Assembly (NCBI GenBank): GCA_004557195.1
Contig: SFER01000001.1
Span: forward strand, 1 to 42,025
Length of the DNA: 42,025 nucleotides
Direction of reading: 5' to 3'
DNA from: Bacteroidales bacterium
GTDB taxonomy: Bacteria > Bacteroidota > Bacteroidia > Bacteroidales > Muribaculaceae
In this document: piece by piece, positions 18,520 to 27,204 of the stretch
Numbering within the stretch: the stretch's first letter is position 1
How the letters are laid out: each line of letters begins with the position of its first letter
Position numbers and translations under genes: made by a program
The notes under the pieces: generated by a model
Database searches by the model: none
What the model was told of the DNA's origin: nothing
The model's input: the letters and a program-made list of their open reading frames with translations, nothing else

Positions 18520-18549
18520 CAGCGTAATCAATCAATTAATCATTAAACT

Positions 18550-19089
18550 ATGGAAACAGATTTTGAAAACAAAACCGATGGGCTGCTTGAGGCTCAAAAT
18601 GAAAACTGTATTGAACAACCCACTGTCGAGCCTATAGCTGAAGATGCGCCCGGCGACACCGTAAAGGCGGTGCTCGAGGCTCTTGCCGACGACCGATTGC
18701 GCTCTACTCTCGCCGAAATTTTCGCTCCAAAGCCAATGCCGGCTCCGGCAAAGCCGCAGGTGCCCGATGTGAGAGGCAAAGTGTCGGATTTCCTTTCGGA
18801 AATCGATGGCGAGAATCCCGATAATAGCGACATGGTGGAGAAGTCGCAAGCGGTTGTCGAGCAGATTCTTGAGAATCCCGAAGGCGACGAGTGGAAGATT
18901 GTTATCGCTAAAGGAATTGCCTACGACAACGCCGTGAACCGTGCATATATCAAAGGTCGCAACGAGCAAATCGAGGTGATTAGAAAGACCACCAATGTGC
19001 CTCTCGACGATTTTGAGCGTATCCAGGCGCTGAAACACCGCGATTCCGATTTCCTCGCCAATCCTCGCCGCAGTGTGTGGGATATCTAA
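18550..19089 (+). CDS. Acidic hypothetical protein; scaffold-like or cargo-like partner of the capsid-like protein
   Basis: 179 aa. The N-terminal two thirds are very rich in D, E and P and low in complexity (ETDFENKTDGLLEAQNENCIEQPTVEPIAEDAPGD...PKPMPAPAKPQVPD). A more basic, structured-looking C-terminal part follows (KGRNEQIEVIRKTT...ANPRRSVWDI). It lies 77 nt upstream of the capsid-like ORF. I recognise no family motif. Confidence 0.55.
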   Translation: METDFENKTDGLLEAQNENCIEQPTVEPIAEDAPGDTVKAVLEALADDRLRSTLAEIFAPKPMPAPAKPQVPDVRGKVSDFLSEIDGENPDNSDMVEKSQAVVEQILENPEGDEWKIVIAKGIAYDNAVNRAYIKGRNEQIEVIRKTTNVPLDDFERIQALKHRDSDFLANPRRSVWDI

Positions 19090-19165
19090 TCTTCAACATT
19101 TAATCACAAAACACACTATCTAATAACACACATTAATTCACTTAATTTTTTAATCTCTAAAAACT

Positions 19166-20584
19166 ATGACTAACAAAAACAATCGAAGCAATGCTTCAAC
19201 TTCCAAATCATTCATTGCTAAAATGGCAATTACTGTTGCCGAGTTTATCGAAAAACACCCGTTCCTCGCTCTTGCCGCGATTCTTGCCCTGGTGGGTTTG
19301 CTTGCATGGCTCGATGATTCCTGCAGCGCTGCATCGTTGGCTTCGGCAGTGATTGCCGGCACCGATGGCGGAAAACATGTGGTGGGCGGACCGATTACCA
19401 CCGACATTGTGCGCAAGGAGGGGGACTTCCTGCTCAACGAAATCGACAGCCGCATTGTGAAGATTCGCCCTATGGCGACTCCTATCGACCAAATCTCGCG
19501 CCTTGCCGGTGCAAAACACGCGGGCAGCATGATTGTCGATTACTACTCGGTGGATACCAAGCCTACCGTTACCAAGGTAACCGGCGCAGTCGCTGATATG
19601 GGAAGCAATGCGGTGTCGCTCAATGTCAAGAATCCCGAAATCTTTGAAGTTTCCGACACTATCTTGGTTAAAGGCGTGAGCGGCTATGACTCCGACGGTG
19701 TTACCACCCATGGCGACTTGGTGTTGTATGTCTTCGAAAAGAGTTCGACGGGAATCAAGGTTCTTGCGGTCAATGGCAAGAAGTCGGGCAATTTGGATAG
19801 TTGCATCCCCGCTATCCCCGAAGGTGCCGAAATTGTGAGAATGGGACGCGCCGCGACCGAGCTCGATGTGCAGTCGCCGCAATTTGAGTCTCTCCCGGTG
19901 AAATCGCAGAACTTCTGCCAGATTTTCAAGATGCAAATCGAGCAGAGTACGTTCCAGCGAATCGCGAATAAAGAGGTGGATTGGGGATTCTCCGACCAGG
20001 AGGAGGCAGCCATCTACGACATGCGTCTCGGCATGGAGAAGAATTTCCTTTTCGGAGCCAAGCGCAGAATCCTCGACCCCAACAAAAAAGAGGATGTTCT
20101 CTTCACCGGCGGCATCTGGTGGCAAGCGGGCAAAGAATATTCCTACGCCAAAGAAGATGGTCTCACTCAAGCATCGCTCATCAATATGATGAAAGAGGCT
20201 TTCACCGGAAATGCCGGCAACAAGCGCAAGGTGCTCATCGGCGGTAGCGAGCTCATCGAGTTGCTTAGCAATATCGAGACCACCAAAGTGCTCTCGGCTG
20301 GCGAAAACATCGTGAAATGGGGCATCGATTTCACCGAAATACGCTCTAAATTCGGCAAATTCTATGTCCTTCTAAGCGAGATTTTCGATGAGTGTGGCAT
20401 GCCCGGATGTGGCATCGTAATCGACCCCGAGTATATCCAGAAGTATAGCCATATCCCGTTCGGAACTCAGTCGCTCAACCTCAAGGATGCCGGAATCCGC
20501 AACACCGACGCTCTTGTGCTCACCGAGGCAAGCTGCGTCACCCTCCGTTACCCCAAGGCTCACATGCGCATCACCGCTTATTAG
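19166..20584 (+). CDS. Major-capsid-like protein of HK97-fold type with an N-terminal hydrophobic extension
   Basis: The N-arm-like block LLNEIDSRIVKIRPMATPIDQISRLAGAKHAGSMIVDYYSVDTKP resembles the xxLxxxIxxIxPxxTPxxxxxG...W/YxxD pattern of SU10/P22-type coat proteins. The spine-helix-like block is QNFCQIFKMQIEQSTFQR...EEAAIYDMRLGMEKNFLFGAKR. 472 aa. The assignment is by motif recollection only. Confidence 0.65.
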   Translation: MTNKNNRSNASTSKSFIAKMAITVAEFIEKHPFLALAAILALVGLLAWLDDSCSAASLASAVIAGTDGGKHVVGGPITTDIVRKEGDFLLNEIDSRIVKIRPMATPIDQISRLAGAKHAGSMIVDYYSVDTKPTVTKVTGAVADMGSNAVSLNVKNPEIFEVSDTILVKGVSGYDSDGVTTHGDLVLYVFEKSSTGIKVLAVNGKKSGNLDSCIPAIPEGAEIVRMGRAATELDVQSPQFESLPVKSQNFCQIFKMQIEQSTFQRIANKEVDWGFSDQEEAAIYDMRLGMEKNFLFGAKRRILDPNKKEDVLFTGGIWWQAGKEYSYAKEDGLTQASLINMMKEAFTGNAGNKRKVLIGGSELIELLSNIETTKVLSAGENIVKWGIDFTEIRSKFGKFYVLLSEIFDECGMPGCGIVIDPEYIQKYSHIPFGTQSLNLKDAGIRNTDALVLTEASCVTLRYPKAHMRITAY

Positions 20585-20615
20585 GCCATTATTCTCTTTT
20601 CTCACCATTTGTGAT

Positions 20616-20654
20616 GGCAGAATCCTCGCTTTGGATTTTGCCATCGCCTTTTAT
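20616..20654 (+). terminator. Hairpin terminator after the capsid-like gene
   Basis: GGCAGAATCC (20616-20625) / GGATTTTGCC (20633-20642): 10 bp with one G-U pair. Followed by ATCGCCTTTTATT. Confidence 0.5.
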
Positions 20655-20659
20655 TGCGC

Positions 20660-20667
20660 TATCTTTG
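20660..20667 (+). promoter_or_regulatory. -7 promoter box (TATCTTTG) for the third gene of the module
   Basis: TATCTTTG lies 38 nt upstream of the ATG at 20705. Confidence 0.45.
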
Positions 20668-20704
20668 CAGTATAATTTGTTGAACTCATAAAAATTAATG
20701 CGAT

Positions 20705-21268
20705 ATGACTATATGGTACTCCGGACCCTTTGTTGAAAGGCTCACCAAATCTATTGTGGAACTGTGCGCAAGCCGCGGAATTATCAAGGACCGCCTTTTT
20801 GATGTCGAAGACCTTGAGGAACGATGGAAAAAGAGTGCGCCGCAATACATGGCAGACTCGGTGCCCGAAATCGCCCGCTATCCCATGGTGGCGATAGCAT
20901 GGGCTGCCTATTACGGCATCGGTGCCGCGGTGCTCTGGGATGCTGCATGGGAGAAGGTGAAGGATATCGACGACCTCTATGTGTATATCCGCGATGTGCG
21001 CGGCTATGATTGTATGGACGAATATGTGATGGATTCTCTCCTCGATGTGAAAGAGGGGCAAAAGCGTCGCGCGCTCATCGACGGCACTCTGCAGGAGTGT
21101 GCCCAGTTGGCACTGTCGCTCATTCGCAAAGAGGGAATCGAGCCGGCAAGCGTCGAGGCGTTCCAAATGTATGCCAAGACCACCGAGATTTTCTTCCGAC
21201 TCGGTGCCACTATCGCCCTCACTACTCTCGGCTACAAACTCGAGAAGGTGAATTTAAATCTCAACTAA
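20705..21268 (+). CDS. Hypothetical, probably all-helical protein (third gene of the capsid-like module)
   Basis: 187 aa, no signal peptide. Trp/Tyr-rich segment YPMVAIAWAAYYGIGAAVLWDAAWEKV. It has its own promoter box. Its 3' end overlaps the convergent gene 21254..22099 by 15 nt. I recognise no family. Confidence 0.55.
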   Translation: MTIWYSGPFVERLTKSIVELCASRGIIKDRLFDVEDLEERWKKSAPQYMADSVPEIARYPMVAIAWAAYYGIGAAVLWDAAWEKVKDIDDLYVYIRDVRGYDCMDEYVMDSLLDVKEGQKRRALIDGTLQECAQLALSLIRKEGIEPASVEAFQMYAKTTEIFFRLGATIALTTLGYKLEKVNLNLN

Positions 21269-22099
21269 TCCGGATTCCATCTCGATGTCGAGAGGAAGAT
21301 GAAGCATATAGGTTAGAATCGGATAGCACTTTCCTCGGCAGGCGCCATAGAAGTGCATAGCCTCGCGTCCTGCCACCACATTCGACGCGCCGAGCCAAAA
21401 TTCGGCGAGCGCAAGAGGTGTGTAGCCATTCTCAAAAGCATATTGGAGCAATTTGGGCGCAGCGCAGTCGCCTGCCGCAGCGGGCGGGATGAGCGGCACG
21501 CGTGGATATTGCCGCGCGCTATATTCGCCTCTGCTTCTTCGTGCTGCTATTTCTCGTGTGCGTTCCTCAGCCCTGAGCCGCTCCAATTCATTGTGGCATC
21601 GAGCAAACAGTTCGCCAAGCGACATCCGGTTGCCGGCTATATCGGTAATTACATATTGTTCAAATAGCCATTGCTGCAGTTGTGCCGACATTCCCGCACG
21701 CTTGGCGGCAAGTGCCTCCACATCCCCCTCTCCGGTTTCGATTGCTCGGTTGATAGCGGTTATTTCAGCCTCTTTTCGGCGAAAATAGCCATCCTCCGGC
21801 GTGGCGTCGAAGATTGGAGGCACGAAATAGGGGTGATTGTTGCTTTTGTTCAAGTTGCCCGAATACGCCGCAAGAAATCCCGGTGTATTATCTGCGCTTC
21901 GCACGATGAGGGTGCCAAACATTTTGCCTCTCCGCGCAATTTCCTTGCTCCACGATTCGTTTTGAGCCACAGTCGCGGCAATAATCGTCGCAGCTCTGCG
22001 ACACAGCGGCTCGCTGCATGGCAGAAACGGGTTGTTGAGTGTAGCGGGCAATTCGCTTGGCAACACATCGAGGAGGTGGAAACGGCTATCTTGTGGCAT
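21254..22099 (-). CDS. Stand-alone homologue of the N-terminal (deaminase-fold-like, Cys-motif) module of long Bacteroidota RluA-family proteins; the RluA domain is absent
   Basis: I chose the ATG at 22099 because the track start at 22120 is a TTG. Blocks GKMFGTLIV...GFLAAYSGNL...HPYFVPPIFD, a coiled middle part, then PPAAAGDCAAPKLLQYAF...ALAEFWLG...FYGACRGKCYPILTYML. The ORF stops (LVEI*) where, as I recall, homologues continue into the pseudouridine synthase domain. There is no HRLD motif anywhere downstream. Confidence 0.55.
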   Translation of the reverse strand: MPQDSRFHLLDVLPSELPATLNNPFLPCSEPLCRRAATIIAATVAQNESWSKEIARRGKMFGTLIVRSADNTPGFLAAYSGNLNKSNNHPYFVPPIFDATPEDGYFRRKEAEITAINRAIETGEGDVEALAAKRAGMSAQLQQWLFEQYVITDIAGNRMSLGELFARCHNELERLRAEERTREIAARRSRGEYSARQYPRVPLIPPAAAGDCAAPKLLQYAFENGYTPLALAEFWLGASNVVAGREAMHFYGACRGKCYPILTYMLHLPLDIEMESGLVEI

Positions 22100-22120
22100 A
22101 ATTCCGAGGCTTGAATACAA

Positions 22121-22148
22121 CGACTGCCTGCGGTGGGGCAGGCAGTCG
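22121..22148 (-). terminator. Perfect 11-bp GC-rich hairpin between secA and the downstream gene (attenuator, processing site or weak terminator)
   Basis: CGACTGCCTGC (22121-22131) / GCAGGCAGTCG (22138-22148) with a 6-nt loop. On the minus strand it is followed by TTGTATTC, so there is no real T-tract. Confidence 0.35.
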
Positions 22149-22163
22149 GGTAGTTATAGTTTG

Positions 22164-25100
22164 TTACTGGTTGTTAGCACCGTGGCAATTCTTGTATTTC
22201 TTGCCGCTGCCGCACGGACAAGGTTCGTTGCGTCCCACTTTAGGCACTGCGACAATCGGAGTGCGCGGGCGTTGTGCCGCAGCGCCGGCTTGCGATGCGG
22301 CTTTACGCTGGGCTGCCTGAGCCTCGGCATAATCGTCTTTGCGCTCCACATATTGTTGCTTGCGCTGTTGTGACGGGAGTGGTTCTTTTGCCTCGGTGGG
22401 TTGTTCTTGGACGTTAACGGCTCCGCGCATGAGGATGCTCACAGCCTTCTCGTTCATAGTGTCCACCATTGTCTTAAAGAGGTTGAACGACTCGAGTTTA
22501 TAAATCAATAGCGGGTCTTTCTGCTCGTAACTTGCATTTTGTACCGACTGGCGCAACTGGTCGAGTTCGCGGAGGTGTTCTTTCCAAGCCTCATCGATGG
22601 TCATGAGCACGACATGCTTCTGCCAGTCGCGTACCATGCTCTTGCACTTCGAGTCGTAGGCTTCGACGAGGTTGGTGGGAATACCATAGATGCGGCGTCC
22701 GTCCTTGATAGGCACTCTCACCATCACTTTCGAGGCATCGATTCCGGGGTTGGCTTTCACCTGCTCCATGAAGTTCTCGAAGAATGGCATTGCCACCTCG
22801 CAAAGGTTCTCGCTGCGGCGTTTGAAGTTGGCTTTTACAGCCTCGAAGAGTTTTTGAGTGGCTTCATCCGAGTCCATAGCCTTGTATTCGGTTTCGTTGA
22901 ATGGAACGTCCATAGCAAAGATGCGCAATACGGCATATTTGAGTTCGTCGAAGTCGAAACCTTTGTATTCCTGGATGAGCGATTCGGTTTTCTCGTAGAG
23001 CATATTCATGATATCGAGTCCGATACGCTCCCCTTTGAGTGCGTGGTGGCGGCGAGTGTAGATTACGTTACGCTGCGAGTTCATCACATCGTCGTATTCG
23101 AGAAGACGCTTGCGGATTCCGAAGTTGTTCTCCTCAACGCGTTTCTGGGCATTCTCAATAGCGTTGGTAAACATCGATGATTCGATGCGTTCACCCTCTT
23201 TGAGACCCATTCGGTCGAGCATTTTCACCACTTTATCGCTCACGAACATGCGCATGAGGTTGTCCTCAAACGACACATAGAATACCGAGCTACCCGGGTC
23301 GCCTTGACGACCGGAACGGCCACGCAACTGGCGGTCAACGCGGCGGCTCTCATGGCGCTCGGTGCCGATGATGGCAAGACCTCCGGCGGCTTTCACCTCG
23401 GGGGTCAACTTGATGTCGGTACCACGACCCGCCATGTTGGTGGCAATGGTTACAACGCCCTTGCGTCCTGCCTGTGCCACGATGTCTGCCTCTTTCTGGT
23501 GCAATTTGGCATTGAGCACGTTGTGAGGGATGTGGCGCATGGTGAGCATTCGGCTCAGCAACTCGGAGATTTCAACAGAGGTGGTACCTACAAGCACCGG
23601 ACGCCCGATTCTCACCATCTCTTCGATTTCGGCGATTACAGCCTCGTATTTCTCGCGCTTGGTCTTATACACGCGGTCGGGCATATCGACGCGTTGCACC
23701 GGTTTGTTGGTGGGGATGGTTACTACTTCGAGTTTATAGATGTCCCAGAACTCGCCCGCTTCGGTTTCGGCTGTACCGGTCATACCCGACAGCTTGTGAT
23801 ACATGCGGAAATAGTTCTGGAGAGTGATTGTGGCAAATGTCTGTGTGGCTGCTTCTACGTTTACCCCCTCTTTTGCCTCGATTGCCTGGTGGAGACCGTC
23901 GCTGTAGCGGCGTCCTTCCATGATACGTCCGGTCTGCTCGTCAACGATTTTCACTTTGTTGTCGTCGATGACATATTCCACGTTGAGTTCAAAAAGGGTG
24001 TAGGCTTTGAGAAGCTGGTTCACGGTGTGCACGCGCTCGGCTTTGATGGCATAATTGCTCATCGCCTCGTCTTTGCGAGCCTGGCGCTCTTCGTCGCTTA
24101 TGGTTGTGTTGCCCTCGATTTCCGAGAGGATGGATGCGATGTCGGGGAGCACGAAGAAGTTGGGGTCGTCGCTGGTGCCGGTGAGCACATCGATACCTTT
24201 GTCGGTGAGTTCCACGCTGCGGTTTTTCTCATCGATGATGAAATAGAGCGGGTCGGTTACAATGTGCATGTCGCGGCTGTTGTCCTGCATGTAGAATGCC
24301 TCGGTTTCGAGCATTTTGGGCTTGATTCCCTCCTTGCTCAAGAACTTGATGAGCGCGCCGTTTTTCGGGAGTCCCTTGAATGCGCGGTAGAGGAGCAATG
24401 CGCCTTCTTTGGCTTCTTCTTTATTTTCGCTCTCGATTTTCTGCTTGGCTTGGCTCAAGAGTTCGGTTACCAGTCTGCGTTGGGCATTTACAACCTTCTC
24501 TACATTGGGTTTGAACTGGTTGAAGAGTTGGTCGTCGCCTTTGGGCACGGGACCGGAAATAATAAGCGGTGTACGGGCATCGTCGATAAGCACCGAATCG
24601 ACCTCATCGACAATGGCGAAATTGTGGCGGCGTTGCACGAGGTCTTCGGTAACGGTTGCCATGTTATCGCGGAGGTAGTCAAAACCAAATTCGTTATTGG
24701 TACCGAAAGTGATGTCGCAGTTGTAGGCGGCACGGCGCTCCGGTGTGTTGGGCTGTGTCTTGTCGATACATCCCACCGAGAGTCCGTGGAACATGTATAG
24801 CGGACCCATCCACTCCGAGTCGCGCTTGGCGAGGTAGTCGTTCACTGTAACCACATGCACGCCGTTTCCGGTGAGTGCGTTGAGGAACACAGGGAGCGTA
24901 GCCACGAGGGTTTTACCCTCACCGGTTGCCATTTCGGCAATCTTGCCGCCGTTGAGCACAACGCCACCCATAAGTTGGCAGTCGTAGTGCACCATATCCC
25001 AGGTGATTTCGTTGCCACCGGCTTTCCAGTGGTTGCGATACAAGGCTTTGTCCCCCTCGATTGTGAGGAAGTCGTGTCCGGCGGCTGCGAGTTCGCGGTC

Positions 25101-25502
25101 GAAAGCGCTTGCGGTTACCTCGATGGTTTCGTTGTCTTTGAAGCGTTGCGCAGTTTCTCTCACGAGGGCAAACACTTCGGGGAGCACCTCCTTGAGTTCA
25201 TCCTCGAGGATGTCGAGAATCTCCTTGTCGAGTTTGTCGATTTGCTCCCAGAGCGGCTCGCGCTGGTCGTATTCGAGAGTCTGAATCTCTGCTTTGAGTT
25301 CGTCTATCTTATTGCGCTTGGCTGCGGTGGCTTCTTTGAGGCGTTGCTTCACTGCCGTCACTTTGGCACGCAATTCATCGTTACTAATGTCTTTTAGGGT
25401 CGGCATTATGGCATTGACTTGCGCCACAATCGGCTCTAATTTTTTGATGTCGCGTTGCGACTTATCGCCGAAAAGCGATTTTAGAAAATCGGTAAATCCC
25501 AT
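22164..25502 (-). CDS. secA: Preprotein translocase ATPase SecA
   Basis: I chose the ATG at 25502 ([21 protein letters not shown], a canonical SecA N-terminus). Walker [19 protein letters not shown]-like [24 protein letters not shown]-terminal zinc finger [14 protein letters not shown]. Confidence 0.95.
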   Translation of the reverse strand: MGFTDFLKSLFGDKSQRDIKKLEPIVAQVNAIMPTLKDISNDELRAKVTAVKQRLKEATAAKRNKIDELKAEIQTLEYDQREPLWEQIDKLDKEILDILEDELKEVLPEVFALVRETAQRFKDNETIEVTASAFDRELAAAGHDFLTIEGDKALYRNHWKAGGNEITWDMVHYDCQLMGGVVLNGGKIAEMATGEGKTLVATLPVFLNALTGNGVHVVTVNDYLAKRDSEWMGPLYMFHGLSVGCIDKTQPNTPERRAAYNCDITFGTNNEFGFDYLRDNMATVTEDLVQRRHNFAIVDEVDSVLIDDARTPLIISGPVPKGDDQLFNQFKPNVEKVVNAQRRLVTELLSQAKQKIESENKEEAKEGALLLYRAFKGLPKNGALIKFLSKEGIKPKMLETEAFYMQDNSRDMHIVTDPLYFIIDEKNRSVELTDKGIDVLTGTSDDPNFFVLPDIASILSEIEGNTTISDEERQARKDEAMSNYAIKAERVHTVNQLLKAYTLFELNVEYVIDDNKVKIVDEQTGRIMEGRRYSDGLHQAIEAKEGVNVEAATQTFATITLQNYFRMYHKLSGMTGTAETEAGEFWDIYKLEVVTIPTNKPVQRVDMPDRVYKTKREKYEAVIAEIEEMVRIGRPVLVGTTSVEISELLSRMLTMRHIPHNVLNAKLHQKEADIVAQAGRKGVVTIATNMAGRGTDIKLTPEVKAAGGLAIIGTERHESRRVDRQLRGRSGRQGDPGSSVFYVSFEDNLMRMFVSDKVVKMLDRMGLKEGERIESSMFTNAIENAQKRVEENNFGIRKRLLEYDDVMNSQRNVIYTRRHHALKGERIGLDIMNMLYEKTESLIQEYKGFDFDELKYAVLRIFAMDVPFNETEYKAMDSDEATQKLFEAVKANFKRRSENLCEVAMPFFENFMEQVKANPGIDASKVMVRVPIKDGRRIYGIPTNLVEAYDSKCKSMVRDWQKHVVLMTIDEAWKEHLRELDQLRQSVQNASYEQKDPLLIYKLESFNLFKTMVDTMNEKAVSILMRGAVNVQEQPTEAKEPLPSQQRKQQYVERKDDYAEAQAAQRKAASQAGAAAQRPRTPIVAVPKVGRNEPCPCGSGKKYKNCHGANNQ

Positions 25503-25565
25503 TTTATATTGTGTTATTATTTTTTTCGTTGGTGTCGATGCAGGGCTATCCCTGCTAATAAGTTG

Positions 25566-25573
25566 CAAAAATA
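25566..25573 (-). promoter_or_regulatory. -7 promoter box (TATTTTTG on the minus strand) for secA
   Basis: The plus strand reads CAAAAATA, 64 nt upstream of the ATG at 25502. The predicted leader contains the hairpin GCAGGG-nnnn-CCCTGC (about 25540-25555). Confidence 0.4.
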
Positions 25574-25608
25574 CTAATAATTAATCAAATGCACTGCATT
25601 TATTGCAA

Positions 25609-27204
25609 TTAAAATGCGAGAGGCTTGTCGCAAGCCCCGTTGGGCGACCTTATTCGCAGCACTCGTGCCACTGTTGGAGCGAGGAAGGTGGCATCGACTG
25701 CCGTTCTCACTTTCTCGGCTTTCAGTCCGGGGGCACAAAGGATTATCGGGGTGTTCACTGCGTTGCCGCGCACTGTGCGGTTGCGCTGCGATGGGGTGTC
25801 GTGCACTATTGTCCAGCCGGGAAGTATCTCGATATACACATCTGCCGAATTGGCGTTGCTGGTGGCGAGATACATCGCTTTTGCCTCGGGGGTTACCGGG
25901 TTGTTGACTATCTCTTCGAGCGCGTAAGCCTCTTTCACGCCGCTCATCAAGCGCAGAAATTCCGCCGAGCGCATCCTCATGTCGGTGATGTCGAGGTTGG
26001 CGTCTTTTATGGCGCTGCGGTTGAAGTAGAATCGGCCTTCGTCGTAGCCGTTGAGCCATTCTCCGTTGCCATATTTGGCAATGAGGAACATGTTGAGCAG
26101 CGACACTGCCCGCTTGGGATAGAATTTTCCGGTGGGCACATTGAATCGCTCTTCGTCGGCTGAATGGTCGTCGAAATATCCTGTCGAGGCTACAAACACC
26201 ACAGCGTTGTCCATCCCCACAGCGCTGTCGATTGCTCGGAAAATCCGTGCGAGTTCGCGGTCGAGGCGCAAGTAGGTGTCTTGGAGCTCGTAGCTGTAGT
26301 CTGCGGTAACGCCATAGGTGTAGGGGGCTGCCGTGAGCCCGATATTCACAATGTCGAGTTCTTTTCGCTTCCCGAGCGACAGTTTGGCAATGCAATCGAT
26401 TGCCACCGAGGTTACTTCATCATTGACAAGAGCCGATTCCTTGTAGGCGCGGTAGCGTTGTGTCTCGGTTTTGCCGTAGAAATAGCGGAAGGGGTACATC
26501 CGGCGATGGGTGGGGAGTGCCACATATTGCTCGCTCGAAGCCATCGGTCGCCACGACATTGTGTCGAGGCGCGATGTGAGCGGTGTGGCATAGTTGCGTG
26601 CCTGGATTACCGACGGCACATCCTTGTAGAAGGTGGTGGTGCTCCATTTCCCATCCACATCGTTTATCCAGAAGGCGCCGTTGGCAGAGTGTCCCGCCAT
26701 GATTATCGCCTGCTGTGCGTCGGGGGCGAATGAATAAACATTCGACAGCCCGATGCTTGCGATGCGAGCCTCGTCGCATAGTGTCGATACACTTATCGCC
26801 CTTGGCGAAAGGGTTTCAGCGGTGAAATTGCCCATCGCTTCGGGGTCGTGGAGTATCCGCTCGTCGTTGCGGGTGGCGCGGTTGCGTATTTTGTAGGATG
26901 TAATGCTGTTCACATTGGGATAGGCGCCGGTGTAGAGTATTGCGGTGCCCGATGCGATGTCGGGGTGTGGAATTTTGAAATCCACATTCTCAAAGCACAC
27001 TCCGCTGCGCAACAGGCGGTTGAAGCCATCCTCGCCGAAGTGGTCTTTGAGCATTTCGATATAGTCGCTGCGCAATTGGTCAATGACTATCCCCACCATG
27101 AGGGTCGGACGGTCGCTTTTCGACTGCCCGAATGCGCTGCACACCACCATCGACATGAGCATGGTGGCTATCAAGCGGTTTATCTTGTTCTTTTTATGTC
27201 GCAT
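25609..27204 (-). CDS. Secreted alkaline-phosphatase-superfamily protein (nucleotide pyrophosphatase/phosphodiesterase-like)
   Basis: I chose the ATG at 27204 (MRHKKNKINRLIATMLMSMVVCSAFGQ signal peptide). The metal-site block LMVGIVIDQLRSDYI is typical of the AP superfamily. The start overlaps the 3' end of the upstream gene by 25 nt. Confidence 0.75.
   Translation of the reverse strand: MRHKKNKINRLIATMLMSMVVCSAFGQSKSDRPTLMVGIVIDQLRSDYIEMLKDHFGEDGFNRLLRSGVCFENVDFKIPHPDIASGTAILYTGAYPNVNSITSYKIRNRATRNDERILHDPEAMGNFTAETLSPRAISVSTLCDEARIASIGLSNVYSFAPDAQQAIIMAGHSANGAFWINDVDGKWSTTTFYKDVPSVIQARNYATPLTSRLDTMSWRPMASSEQYVALPTHRRMYPFRYFYGKTETQRYRAYKESALVNDEVTSVAIDCIAKLSLGKRKELDIVNIGLTAAPYTYGVTADYSYELQDTYLRLDRELARIFRAIDSAVGMDNAVVFVASTGYFDDHSADEERFNVPTGKFYPKRAVSLLNMFLIAKYGNGEWLNGYDEGRFYFNRSAIKDANLDITDMRMRSAEFLRLMSGVKEAYALEEIVNNPVTPEAKAMYLATSNANSADVYIEILPGWTIVHDTPSQRNRTVRGNAVNTPIILCAPGLKAEKVRTAVDATFLAPTVARVLRIRSPNGACDKPLAF

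Noticed and set aside
18340-21268. Intact prophage or PICI-type satellite
   Set aside because: Only scaffold-like, coat-like and one unknown gene are present. No integrase, terminase, portal, protease, tail, repressor or flanking direct repeats are found, and housekeeping genes abut both sides.
23304-24800. 498-aa ORF antisense to secA (plus 22539..23180 and 24855..25397)
   Set aside because: These are shadow ORFs opposite a complete, canonical secA. Their composition is Val/Gly/His/Phe-rich.
25503-25568. Upstream extensions of secA (to 25568), the AP-family gene (to 27303), the Lnb-like gene (to 28466), rlmN (to 40312) and the DUF4923-like gene (to 18339)
   Set aside because: In each case an internal ATG gives a canonical N-terminus or signal peptide and sits downstream of a TAnnTTTG box. 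The longer versions either start with GTG or TTG inside or upstream of the promoter box, or add non-conserved basic residues.
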